Of a stretch of 41,778 nt of DNA, positions 8,679-17,329 are shown one piece after another. Source of the DNA: a virus. The stretch lies in the UHGV virus genome UHGV-0176688. One strand, 5' to 3'. The notes beneath the pieces are model-generated. The model did no database searches. It had not been told where the DNA came from and saw only the letters and a program-made list of their open reading frames with translations. Positions within the stretch are counted from its first letter, which is position 1. Each line of letters starts with the position of its first letter. The translations under genes were made by a program, and so were the position numbers.

Positions 8679-9707
8679 ATGGGTGAATTAATTATCTCTG
8701 GCAGTTCCGGTGGTTTTCTGCGCAACATTGGCAAAGAGTACCAGGAGGCCGCAGAAAACTTTATGCGGTTCATGAATGACCAGGGGGCTTATGCGCCGAA
8801 TACTCTGCGCGACCTCCGGTTAGTGTTTCATTCCTGGGCGCGCTGGTGTCACGCTCGCCAGCTTGCCTGGTTTCCGATCTCACCAGAAATGGCCCGCGAG
8901 TATTTTCTTCAGCTGCATGATGCCGATCTGGCTTCGACCACCATTGATAAGCACTACGCCATGCTGAACATGCTGCTTTCGCATTGTGGCCTTCCGCCAC
9001 TTTCGGATGATAAAAGTGTTTCTCTGGCTATGCGGCGCATCCGGCGCGAAGCGGCAACTGAAAAAGGCGAACGAACAGGCCAGGCTATTCCTTTGCGGTG
9101 GGATGATCTGAAACTGATCGACGTCCTGTTGTCCAGGTCAGAACGGCTGGTGGACCTGCGCAACCGGGCTTTTCTCTTTGTTGCATACAATACGCTGATG
9201 CGTATGTCGGAAATCTCGCGTATTCGCATAAGAGATCTGGACCAAACAGGTGACACTGTCACGTTGCATATTTCACACACGAAGACAATAACGACCGCAG
9301 CCGGGCTTGATAAAGTGCTTTCCCGTCGCACTACTGCTGTGCTGAAAGACTGGCTGGAGGCTTCCGGGCTTCGTGAACATCCTGACGCGGTGCTGTTCCC
9401 GCCGGTACACCGTAGCAATAAGGCCAGGATTACGGCAACGCCCCTTACTGCACCTGCAATGGAGAAAATATTCAGCGACGCCTGGGTGTTGCTGAATAAA
9501 GGAGATGCTACGCCAAACAAAGGAAGATACCGGACGTGGACCGGGCATAGTGCACGCGTCGGGGCCGCTATCGATATGGCTGAAAAGCAGGTGTCTATGG
9601 TGGAGATTATGCAGGAAGGAACCTGGAAGAAACCGGAAACACTTATGCGGTATCTGCGCCGTGGCGGCGTGTCTGTGGGGGCTAATAGCCGCCTGATGGA
9701 TTTATAA
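8679..9707 (+). CDS. dre: Cre-family tyrosine recombinase, Dre-like
   Basis: Clear homology to P1 Cre across the length (WFP...AMRRIRRE...AFLFVAYNTLMRMSEISRIR...TWTGHSARVGAA...ETLMRYLR); cognate rox-like site 150 bp upstream. Confidence 0.9.
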   Translation: MGELIISGSSGGFLRNIGKEYQEAAENFMRFMNDQGAYAPNTLRDLRLVFHSWARWCHARQLAWFPISPEMAREYFLQLHDADLASTTIDKHYAMLNMLLSHCGLPPLSDDKSVSLAMRRIRREAATEKGERTGQAIPLRWDDLKLIDVLLSRSERLVDLRNRAFLFVAYNTLMRMSEISRIRIRDLDQTGDTVTLHISHTKTITTAAGLDKVLSRRTTAVLKDWLEASGLREHPDAVLFPPVHRSNKARITATPLTAPAMEKIFSDAWVLLNKGDATPNKGRYRTWTGHSARVGAAIDMAEKQVSMVEIMQEGTWKKPETLMRYLRRGGVSVGANSRLMDL

Positions 9708-9708
9708 A

Positions 9709-9725
9709 TTAAATTTCTAACACAT
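9709..9725. promoter_or_regulatory. Operator-like motif upstream of the dut cargo operon
   Basis: ttaaaTTTCTAACAcat; exact 9-mer at 9714-9722. Confidence 0.5.
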
Positions 9726-9780
9726 CTTTTTAGATTAACATCTTTGCTGTAAAGTACCCTCGCCTATTTAGGAGGGTGCT

Positions 9781-10125
9781 TTGCAGAGTCAAATCACGGA
9801 ATCAAGACGCTTCAAGGTGGATGGTTACACCGTAACCTTCGCCGCTGGTGTTAAGAACAGTCATGCTGTCGTTGTGTTCGGCATCATGACCGGGCTTGAG
9901 GCCGTCCCTGTGTTTACCCTCGAAAAAAACTGGCGAAATCTGGAGGAAGCAGAAAGCTACGTCCGGAAAGTAACCATCATTGCCGCCGAAAAACTCCTGG
10001 CCCACTATCAGGAAAATTATCGCACTATGGTCGAGAAGATTAATCTCGCTTTCACTCGCCCCACTACCGGCTTTATTGCACCGGATACTAATGCAGGTCG
10101 ATATCCTGCAAGGGGGCGTCGGTGA
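9781..10125 (+). CDS. Hypothetical protein (TTG start, strong RBS GGAGGG)
   Basis: 114-aa ORF, first gene of a four- to five-gene plus-strand operon. Confidence 0.5.
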   Translation: MQSQITESRRFKVDGYTVTFAAGVKNSHAVVVFGIMTGLEAVPVFTLEKNWRNLEEAESYVRKVTIIAAEKLLAHYQENYRTMVEKINLAFTRPTTGFIAPDTNAGRYPARGRR

Positions 10126-10598
10126 AAACTTATTACCCATCTCTGAATTGTTACCCGTCTTCCTATCCAGAATTATCCGGGAAGCTGTTAGCTCTATTAG
10201 CTAAAGCACCTACGGAATGGTTTAAGCCAGTCGTTATCAATCCACACTTCCTGGATTACGGATCTGTTCGCACTCGTAACGAACTCAAAAACCTACTGGC
10301 GCATGGATTCATTCGACACCGTTCCGGTAAAGGCTATCAGTTAGCGATTGCGCCAGAAGAGGCCGTGCGGCTATTCGCATATCGTGACAGCCAGACAAAA
10401 GCTCGGGTAATAGCTCAAATACTTCATAACGGCAGCACCTATGCCCGCCAGTTTGGCGGCGACACGTCGCAGTTCTTGCGGGCGGTGCGATCGCTGGAGG
10501 AGCAAGGAATTATTGAAAGTTCCTGTCTTCCTGTTCCTACCGTTCCACATATCAAACGTCGGGTTTACACCTTCACGCAGAGAGCTAAAAAACAATGA
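10122..10598 (+). CDS. Hypothetical protein
   Basis: 158-aa ORF overlapping both neighbours by 4 nt. Confidence 0.55.
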   Translation: MKTYYPSLNCYPSSYPELSGKLLALLAKAPTEWFKPVVINPHFLDYGSVRTRNELKNLLAHGFIRHRSGKGYQLAIAPEEAVRLFAYRDSQTKARVIAQILHNGSTYARQFGGDTSQFLRAVRSLEEQGIIESSCLPVPTVPHIKRRVYTFTQRAKKQ

Positions 10599-11089
10599 TT
10601 TACGTAAAAGTGAAACGCCTACATCCGGCAGCAAAACTTCCAGCTTATGCCACCTCCGGATCGGCGGCGATGGATTTTGAGGCTGTTGAAATAAAACCAT
10701 GCGTCGATAGCAATGGTGCAATTTCCTCAAGCTGGTGGGTGTATACCGGACTGGCTATGGAGATCCCGCCCGGCTGGTGTCTGAAACTCTATCCGCGATC
10801 CGGATTGGGCTGCAAAAAACATACTCGCCTGGCTAACTGCGTAGGAATTATCGACTCCGATTATCGCGGTGAAATCATGGCAAAACTGATTACTGATCCC
10901 GGCGGGGAAGGCGTTTGTCTCAAGCCTGGAATGGCTGTCATGCAAGGCATTTTTGAGCGTGTTGAACAAGTCTCACTAGTCGAGGTTGAGGAACTCAACG
11001 AAACGGAACGTGGTGCTGGTGGCTTTGGTAGCACATCGGAAGACCACTTTGAAATTAAGCGCACACCGCTTCAGTACGCAAAGTTTTAA
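10595..11089 (+). CDS. dut: dUTP diphosphatase (trimeric dUTPase)
   Basis: Motifs RSGLG, IIDSDYRGEI, GFGSTS. Confidence 0.9.
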   Translation: MIYVKVKRLHPAAKLPAYATSGSAAMDFEAVEIKPCVDSNGAISSSWWVYTGLAMEIPPGWCLKLYPRSGLGCKKHTRLANCVGIIDSDYRGEIMAKLITDPGGEGVCLKPGMAVMQGIFERVEQVSLVEVEELNETERGAGGFGSTSEDHFEIKRTPLQYAKF

Positions 11090-11103
11090 GCAGAGGAAAG
11101 GCT

Positions 11104-11781
11104 ATGAATTACATGGCAACGAAAGAGCTTTTTAAGTTCCTTCCCAAATACAAAGCTCACAAAAACGTTAGTGCATCGAAAATCAAAAATGTTGTTATTT
11201 TCGGAGTAACTGATGCCCCACTTTGGGGCTGCATTGAACTCGTTGAACCAAAAGGGGCAACAGTTTGTGTTGACGCAATGTTTTTACAAAAACACCGACC
11301 AAAAACTGGCGGGTATCTGATCGTTTATGAAAACGGTTATCTGTTCTATGCCCCGGAGAAACCATTTGAGGAATGCTATGGCTTGGTTAACGACGCCTCC
11401 GAAAATGGAACCACGGTCATCATTACGGATGACAACGGCGTGATGATTAATATTACCGGGAGCGTAACTATTTCTGCTGGTGGTACCACTACCCAGCAAG
11501 AGGAAATCGACCTTGAAGCAGCCGACTTTTCTGACGCGCTGATGTGGCTGAAGGATGGCAAGAAAGTTGCTCGACGCGGGTGGAACGGCGAAAACCAATT
11601 CTGCTGGCTGGTTCCTGAAGGACAGTACCCGGCACGAATGGAAGCCATTAAGGGATATTTCCCCTGCGACCTCGTTCCGTATGGTGCTTATTTCGCCTTA
11701 AAAAATGCACAAGGTGTAGTTGTTCCGTGGGTGCCTTCTGTAGGCGACCTGCTGGCATGTGACTGGTTTGTAGTGGAGTGA
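11104..11781 (+). CDS. Two-domain protein with C-terminal DUF2829 domain (Tad2-like fold candidate)
   Basis: FSDALMWLKDGKKVARRGWNGENQFCWL...GVVVPWVPSVGDLLACDWFVVE is a strong DUF2829 match by eye. Confidence 0.7.
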   Translation: MNYMATKELFKFLPKYKAHKNVSASKIKNVVIFGVTDAPLWGCIELVEPKGATVCVDAMFLQKHRPKTGGYLIVYENGYLFYAPEKPFEECYGLVNDASENGTTVIITDDNGVMINITGSVTISAGGTTTQQEEIDLEAADFSDALMWLKDGKKVARRGWNGENQFCWLVPEGQYPARMEAIKGYFPCDLVPYGAYFALKNAQGVVVPWVPSVGDLLACDWFVVE

Positions 11782-11787
11782 TTTGAC

Positions 11788-12564
11788 ATGGAAAGCACCA
11801 AAACAATTCAATACCGCTTGCGTAATGGCCTGCTGGTGGCTGTTAACGCCGACATGTCACTGCCGTTTGACACGATTGAACGCACTATCATGACGTATCT
11901 CGGCTTTAATGAAGAGCTGAATGAAGAGCATGGCGTAGCTATATGGAGTGATGCAGACAGCGGCGTTCGTCGTTACATCACCGCCAGGGGCAAAGACTAC
12001 TCTCTGGAAGAACTGTTTACCCTTGCGCAGTCTTTCGAATGTGTAGCATTAGACCTGTTTAATGATCCTGCTATAGCGCAACGACTTATACGCGAGCTTG
12101 GGCTATCCGTTACACCAATTATCTTTAAAAATGGCAGCCTGACTGGCACATGGCGCGTAGAACGCATCTCAAACTACCTTCCATATAACAGACAGTTAAA
12201 TGGAGTAATCTCCGGCGTTAATCAGCCCGTAGCGTGTGAAAATGTAAACCTGGTTGTCGCTGTTTTGGCAACCGCATGTCGTGTTATCGGTTTGGCTAAA
12301 CAGGCATTTATTCATTTCCCAAATGGTGCAGAAGGTAGCGCAGAGATTATCGCGTGTGATTTCGAATTTACCTGGATGCTACGCGAACATCTGGACCAAA
12401 CAGTATTCCGTGCCGAAGAACTGGATATGTATATCACGTCAACGATTCCAGACGATGTGCGAGCTGAAGCAATCGCTATAGCCAGGGCGAAATGCCGTGC
12501 GGCGATTGCAGAACGGGCCAAAGAAGAACAGTCCAATGATACAGCGGCAGAAGAGGTGAAATAA
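11788..12564 (+). CDS. Hypothetical protein
   Basis: 258-aa ORF ending at a hairpin terminator. Confidence 0.55.
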   Translation: MESTKTIQYRLRNGLLVAVNADMSLPFDTIERTIMTYLGFNEELNEEHGVAIWSDADSGVRRYITARGKDYSLEELFTLAQSFECVALDLFNDPAIAQRLIRELGLSVTPIIFKNGSLTGTWRVERISNYLPYNRQLNGVISGVNQPVACENVNLVVAVLATACRVIGLAKQAFIHFPNGAEGSAEIIACDFEFTWMLREHLDQTVFRAEELDMYITSTIPDDVRAEAIAIARAKCRAAIAERAKEEQSNDTAAEEVK

Positions 12565-12565
12565 C

Positions 12566-12598
12566 AAAAAGCCCGCTTGGTATGGCGGGCTTCTTTTC
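12566..12598. terminator. Bidirectional rho-independent terminator
   Basis: aaaaaGCCCGCttggtatgGCGGGCttctttt. Confidence 0.8.
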
Positions 12599-12794
12599 AA
12601 ATACTGGAAGCACTTTGTCTGCTACCAAGCATTCTCTGTTTAAGCACAACCATTTCCTGACGGCATAACACAGCAATAGCAGTCCTGGCGCCAATTTGCT
12701 TACCAATCAGGTATTGCTTTACCTCGCGGCGACTCACGCCATCAAGAAGCATCTTTAACGCTTCACGGGACAATTTGTTGTATTTGCGTGCCAT
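12597..12794 (-). CDS. Small HTH-like protein, hypothetical
   Basis: ATG at 12794 five nt after upstream stop; MARKYNKLSREALKMLLDGVSRREVKQYLIGKQIGARTAIAVL resembles a DNA-binding HTH; 3-prime end runs into terminator stem so uncertain. Confidence 0.3.
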   Translation of the reverse strand: MARKYNKLSREALKMLLDGVSRREVKQYLIGKQIGARTAIAVLCRQEMVVLKQRMLGSRQSASSI

Positions 12795-12798
12795 TAAT

Positions 12799-13074
12799 CT
12801 ACTCCGCAGAACCATACAATCTACGTAGCGTGGTAGCAGTAGATGCAGATATCGCCCTTAAAACCTCCTCCTTACTTACATCACTGCGGGAGAGGATTTC
12901 AGAAGGCGATATTTCCTTTAACGACTTTTGCTTCTCTTTGCAGTTCTCGACCAGTTCCGCAGGAATAACAAACCTGCTATCAATCGGCACAAGTTCATCA
13001 AGCGTTTGTTTGGGTACGTTAAACGTAGGATTCTTGAACACCGCAGATTCGGTTCTTAAGTTAATTTTCGACAT
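12799..13074 (-). CDS. Hypothetical protein carrying a Doc-tail-like C-terminus
   Basis: Ends TTLRRLYGSAE, mirroring doc ORF end [11 protein letters not shown]; about 26-bp imperfect direct repeat at nucleotide level. Confidence 0.4.
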   Translation of the reverse strand: MSKINLRTESAVFKNPTFNVPKQTLDELVPIDSRFVIPAELVENCKEKQKSLKEISPSEILSRSDVSKEEVLRAISASTATTLRRLYGSAE

Positions 13075-13093
13075 TGTTTCGTAACTCCACTAC

Positions 13094-13474
13094 TCAAGTC
13101 TTGGAACCATATAGTTCACGTAGCTTTTCTGCGACTGAAGATACGGCGATTTCACCAGTCGCAGCCCCTACAGTAAGGTCTGCCAGTTCAGGTGAATCAA
13201 ATACCTGCACCCCATTACGGCGTAGAAATAGCAGCGCACTGTTTAGCGCGGTACGCTTATTGGCATCATTGAATATATGCCCTCTCGCAGTAGCCACCAG
13301 GTAGGTTGCGGAGACTTCGAAAAGGTCGGTAATCTCTTCGTACACAACTCTGGCCTGGACTCTCCCGATAATGGCCTCTGCCCTACCCGGATCTGACATG
13401 CCAGGCAGGCCGCCGTAGCGGCTTATATTCGCATCATGAAGCGCAATAAGTTCTTCCGGTGATATATGCCTCAT
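13094..13474 (-). CDS. doc: Doc toxin (Fic/Doc family kinase)
   Basis: Near-identical to P1 Doc as recalled ([39 protein letters not shown]...); overlaps phd stop. Confidence 0.95.
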
Positions 13475-13701
13475 TATCGGTTAACCAGTTCCTTGTTGGT
13501 GGAGTCCAGGGTGTCAAACAGGGATGCAAATTCAGCATCCAGCGCTGCTTTTTTGTAGGCTTCGAAAGTAGCCTTGCTAACAATTACTGCTGGCTCACGG
13601 CCTCTGCGGGTGATTTCAACTTCTTCCCCGGCTTCAACATTGTTGAGCACTTCAGAAAGGTTGCCGCGCGCGGTACGGAAGTTAATGGATTGCATAAACA
13701 C
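13474..13701 (-). CDS. phd: Phd antitoxin
   Basis: [39 protein letters not shown] matches P1 Phd; directly upstream of doc. Confidence 0.9.
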
Positions 13702-13767
13702 CTCGTGTACTCGTTATGTGTACACAATTATAAACTTCACAGGCATAAAGCACCAGCACTTTGCAGC

Positions 13768-14157
13768 TTAAATCACCGGACAATCATCAAATTCCCCACT
13801 TCGGGCATCATTAATGACATGAGTGATCACACCAAACACAGCATTACTCCCCGTGCATCCATCGTCATCCACTGGTAACGCCTCTTTCTTCCCGGTGCTT
13901 AAATCCTCCAGGTGCTGGCGCGGATACTTCCTGTATCTTTTTATGCGATATTCACCTTCCATAGCGCAGACAAGTAGCGAACCATCAACCGGAGTAAGTG
14001 AGGAATCGACCACCAGCAAAGCACCCTGCAATATTCCCTCACGGTGATGGCTATCAGCTGCCCGCATGAAGTAGGTTGCTGATGGATGCCTGATTAGTTG
14101 CTGATCAAGAGAAATTCGGCTTTCAACATAATCCGCCGCAGGAGAAGGGAAGCCCAT
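13768..14157 (-). CDS. humD: HumD (UmuD-prime-like S24 peptidase-fold protein)
   Basis: GFPSPAADYVESRISLDQQLIRHPSATYF matches the UmuD core; LexA box upstream; humD-phd-doc synteny as in P1. Confidence 0.8.
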   Translation of the reverse strand: MGFPSPAADYVESRISLDQQLIRHPSATYFMRAADSHHREGILQGALLVVDSSLTPVDGSLLVCAMEGEYRIKRYRKYPRQHLEDLSTGKKEALPVDDDGCTGSNAVFGVITHVINDARSGEFDDCPVI

Positions 14158-14176
14158 AGCGTTTTCACCTTAATGA

Positions 14177-14196
14177 TACTGTTCATTTATACAGTA
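14177..14196. promoter_or_regulatory. LexA (SOS) box upstream of humD
   Basis: TACTGTtcatttatACAGTA fits CTGT-N8-ACAG, 20 bp upstream of humD start. Confidence 0.75.
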
Positions 14197-14422
14197 TACA
14201 TTAAAGGGACACCTTTGGTGCAAACGCGTTACGTACATCAACCACCGCTGATGATTTTGTGCTCTTTGCTACTATTCATCACCAACGGATCAGCGTAACC
14301 AAGCCCAGCATGAAGTAGTTCTGAACCGGATTAGAGAAATGCAAAACGATAATAGAGGCTAAATCGAGGTAGAAAACACATTGTTTAAGGCCACTAATTG
14401 TGGCCTCAAAGGGGAGAGATGC

Positions 14423-14947
14423 TTATTGGCTATGGCTAAAAATCAAATGAGACACTTCATGTGGTTGTAGCTCGTCAAGATCCGGGGCCACAAAACCTTT
14501 TCCGAAAGACTTCACAAGTAATTCGCCAGCCGCATCATTGTCACCTATTACACGAAAGTCATACGGCAGCATCGCAAGTTGACGGCGTAATCCTGCGGAG
14601 AAAGTCGAACCTAACAGCGCCCACGAATTGCCGCCCGCGTTGTGTACAGCTGCGCTCTTAAAAATAGACTCAGTTATCCATATTGGGCCATCTTTTAAAG
14701 GAAGATAGGTTCCCCAAAGTAACTGTCTGCCGTGTGATCGCGTGAAATACCGGGCCATCTTCGGATTGCTATGCTGCTTAGGTGCACCTGGTCTATATGT
14801 CTGATACCCAGCCAACATCCCATCAAACCTGTAGAGAGGGAATGTAACTACTCCTTCGCTTTCATCGATCCACTGTCTATATGGGTGTATATCATGGCGG
14901 TAGTTGCGAGTTAGCAAATGAGCTTCCAGCTTTCCAAATTTTGTCAT
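14423..14947 (-). CDS. Small standalone Toprim-domain protein
   Basis: Conserved Glu in IWITESIF and DxD in RVIGDNDAAGE; likely start ATG 14947 with RBS AGGAAG, overlapping upstream stop (ATGA). Confidence 0.55.
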   Translation of the reverse strand: MTKFGKLEAHLLTRNYRHDIHPYRQWIDESEGVVTFPLYRFDGMLAGYQTYRPGAPKQHSNPKMARYFTRSHGRQLLWGTYLPLKDGPIWITESIFKSAAVHNAGGNSWALLGSTFSAGLRRQLAMLPYDFRVIGDNDAAGELLVKSFGKGFVAPDLDELQPHEVSHLIFSHSQ

Positions 14948-15249
14948 ATTCCGTTCTTCCTGCATACTGGGCATGTGTTCTCTGTGAAATATGGGAAACT
15001 ATTATCCAGCTCATCTACCCACTGTTTATGGTCGAAGCAGAAAAATATCTCCCACGGCATTCCATATTCTTCCATCCATAGGCGGATCTGCATTTCTATT
15101 GGAATCGGCGGTATTGCAGACACCATATCAACAGGATAACAGTTCAGACGACGTTCCAGTTCTTCTACTCTCTTCTGGAGATGAAATATCCGATCCAGAT
15201 GCACACGCCGCTCCCGTGCCATTTTAAAATAAAGCTCGCCGGTCATCAT
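14944..15249 (-). CDS. Coiled-coil/zinc-ribbon-like small protein, paralog A
   Basis: C-terminus PWEIFFCFDHKQWVDELDNSFPYFTENTCPVCRK; tandem paralog of the next gene. Confidence 0.5.
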   Translation of the reverse strand: MMTGELYFKMARERRVHLDRIFHLQKRVEELERRLNCYPVDMVSAIPPIPIEMQIRLWMEEYGMPWEIFFCFDHKQWVDELDNSFPYFTENTCPVCRKNGI

Positions 15250-15533
15250 TAACGCCTACATTCAGGGCAAGAGTTCCCTTCTGCAAAATAGGGGAAACTG
15301 CTATCAAGCTCATCACACCATCCGCGATGGTCGTAGCACCAAAACGCCTCCCACGGCGCACGGAAATACTTCATCCACCAGGACACTCGATCTGGTATAT
15401 CTGCTGGTGGCAGCTCTTCTGGCAATAATTTGCCTGATAATTCCCTTTCCGCCCGTGCCAGCATTCCTTTTAGACTCGCATTTTCTTTTTCAAGAATCTC
15501 TACGCGAGCCTGTAACTCAGCTTTCGTTGGCAT
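15249..15533 (-). CDS. Coiled-coil/zinc-ribbon-like small protein, paralog B
   Basis: C-terminus PWEAFWCYDHRGWCDELDSSFPYFAEGNSCPECRR; start chosen at MPTK (RBS GAGG) to avoid overlap; longer start at 15605 possible. Confidence 0.5.
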   Translation of the reverse strand: MPTKAELQARVEILEKENASLKGMLARAERELSGKLLPEELPPADIPDRVSWWMKYFRAPWEAFWCYDHRGWCDELDSSFPYFAEGNSCPECRR

Positions 15534-16182
15534 GGCCCGCCTCATGTTTATCAGCCACCAGCGGCAATAAAGCCTTAGCCATTTCATGAACCAACATGGC
15601 ATCAATGACGCCTAGCGTATGGCCCGGCTTAATCTTTAATGCGGCCTCAAGATAGCCTCTTTCCAGAGTGGTTTTTACACTTTTCTTGGGCGCTTGTTGG
15701 GAACTATCCGGAAGATCCGAATTCCCAGCCTCATAAGCTATCCTCAGCCAGTGCAACGCCTTACTTTCAAGTTCATCGACTTTCTGCGACGCTATAAGAG
15801 CTGCTTCATACTGTTCACGAGTGACAACCGATGTAAATGCACTGCGATCAAGGTCACTGATATCGCAAATAATGCCATCCAAGGAATAATTCTTTGATGA
15901 TTGGTAATTTTTATGGCGCGCGCCAAAAAGAACCATAGCGCGACTACTACCTGGCATCGTAATGGATAGATGGCAAAAATCTTTTCCATCAGGCCATCCA
16001 CGCCCCTTAGATAATTCCTTCACTAACAAGTCAATCAGTGTCATAGCTTTACCATCCTTGCAAGGCGCTAAAGCTATTTTGGCAAGCTCCAATACTTCAT
16101 CTGCTGTGTATCCAGCACCGTGACCATACATTTCGATACGGGAAATAATATCTGAAATACGCTCTTTAGTGATTCTTGTCAT
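15517..16182 (-). CDS. Hypothetical protein (about 221 aa)
   Basis: ORF with start MTRITKER coupled to upstream stop. Confidence 0.5.
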   Translation of the reverse strand: MTRITKERISDIISRIEMYGHGAGYTADEVLELAKIALAPCKDGKAMTLIDLLVKELSKGRGWPDGKDFCHLSITMPGSSRAMVLFGARHKNYQSSKNYSLDGIICDISDLDRSAFTSVVTREQYEAALIASQKVDELESKALHWLRIAYEAGNSDLPDSSQQAPKKSVKTTLERGYLEAALKIKPGHTLGVIDAMLVHEMAKALLPLVADKHEAGHANES

Positions 16183-16388
16183 AGTTTTATTTCCTTGCAT
16201 GGTTCGCCTTTACGGCAAACAGCTACACGGTCATTTCTTACATTAACCACAGTCACCGTTCCGTCATCGCATTGAATAACGATGAAAGGGTGTTCATTCT
16301 CTTTTGTGCAATGTTGCTGTTCCCCTGCTGTAACAGTGAGGGGAATTAATAAAATAATAATTACTGCGAATTTACTAAATGTTGCCAT
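16179..16388 (-). CDS. Small secreted Cys-containing protein
   Basis: N-terminal signal-like segment MATFSKFAVIIILLIPLTVTA; four Cys in mature part. Confidence 0.5.
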   Translation of the reverse strand: MATFSKFAVIIILLIPLTVTAGEQQHCTKENEHPFIVIQCDDGTVTVVNVRNDRVAVCRKGEPCKEIKL

Positions 16389-16412
16389 AGCAATCTTTCT
16401 TTCTGTTTTTCA

Positions 16413-16706
16413 TTATGGTTGAATCCAGTTATCTTCAATAGCAATGCTCAATCTTTGTAACCATTCTGCTAATTTCAGCATTGCTTCTCTTTCGCTTAAA
16501 CCACGAGGAAAATCATCAAGCGATATTGTTGGCTTGAAGTTTCCCAAATTATCCATTTCAACGGTCAGATTTTGCTCCAGCACGGTATTCCTTACGCGGC
16601 TATTGTGCCGAAGCAAATATACTGAACGTGATTTATTGGTTTTGTGGTCGAACGTATATTCGGTAAGTATCATCTGGCTTCCGCCATGATTATTACCGCG
16701 CCACAT
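16413..16706 (-). CDS. Hypothetical protein
   Basis: 97-aa ORF; alternative start at MILTEYTF (16673). Confidence 0.4.
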   Translation of the reverse strand: MWRGNNHGGSQMILTEYTFDHKTNKSRSVYLLRHNSRVRNTVLEQNLTVEMDNLGNFKPTISLDDFPRGLSEREAMLKLAEWLQRLSIAIEDNWIQP

Positions 16707-16992
16707 AATTACTCCGTGTTAATTTTACCTTTATCGCGAACACCTTTACCGGTTTATCGCCGAAGTGCGGGTGTGTGATTATCTTAATTTCATAGCCGTC
16801 ATACGGAACATCAATTCTGCGGCTGGAATCGTCGCGCTTCGGATATCCCTTTGTGATAATCAGGCGGTCATACTCGCGGAACATAATTCGCTTATTCCAG
16901 TAGTCATTACACAGGCGATACTCTTCTGTTTTCTCTCCGCGAATCATTGCATCGAAGTATTCACCTTTGACGGCAAGTTGCAGGTTAGCCAC
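16693..16992 (-). CDS. ASCH/PUA-like (DUF3850-type) small protein
   Basis: GTG start 6 nt after RBS AAGGAG; KGEYFDAMIRGEKTEEYR...RLIITKGYP pattern. Confidence 0.45.
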   Translation of the reverse strand: MANLQLAVKGEYFDAMIRGEKTEEYRLCNDYWNKRIMFREYDRLIITKGYPKRDDSSRRIDVPYDGYEIKIITHPHFGDKPVKVFAIKVKLTRSNYVAR

Positions 16993-17236
16993 GGTTAACT
17001 CCTTGCTGTGTAGCGTCGAGTAATAAATCCCACAACCGCTGAGAGCAATTTCCGCATGTACAGCGCTGACCCACAACGTTTATCGCGTTGCTGATTTCCG
17101 GCGTTACCTGTTTAGGAACCATAACCCAACCATCCGGAGTTACCGGAGAGTTGCCAGCCAGTCTACGCAAAACAGCCTTAACAGCCTCAATACGGTCATC
17201 ATCGCAACTTTCCAGCGTATCTATGCGGTCGAGCAT
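16985..17236 (-). CDS. Hypothetical protein
   Basis: 83-aa ORF whose stop overlaps the downstream GTG start by 8 nt. Confidence 0.4.
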   Translation of the reverse strand: MLDRIDTLESCDDDRIEAVKAVLRRLAGNSPVTPDGWVMVPKQVTPEISNAINVVGQRCTCGNCSQRLWDLLLDATQQGVNRG

Positions 17237-17329
17237 GATGATTGCGTTATCAATATCAGGATTGCCGGTCCACTCATTACCGCGATTGGATTCGGCAGCC
17301 TGGTTGCCGTGTACTGTTTGATTCTCGGC

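Noticed and set aside
776-9707. Integrative island inserted at a tRNA gene via the tyrosine recombinase
   Set aside because: The recombinase is Cre/Dre-type with its own palindromic rox site next to it, typical of P1-like plasmid prophages; tRNAs are phage-encoded and no attL/attR-like tRNA 3-prime duplication was seen.
12597-12815. IS-family transposase fragment
   Set aside because: Only a short HTH-like ORF; no inverted repeats, DDE domain or target duplication, so kept as a low-confidence small CDS rather than a mobile element.
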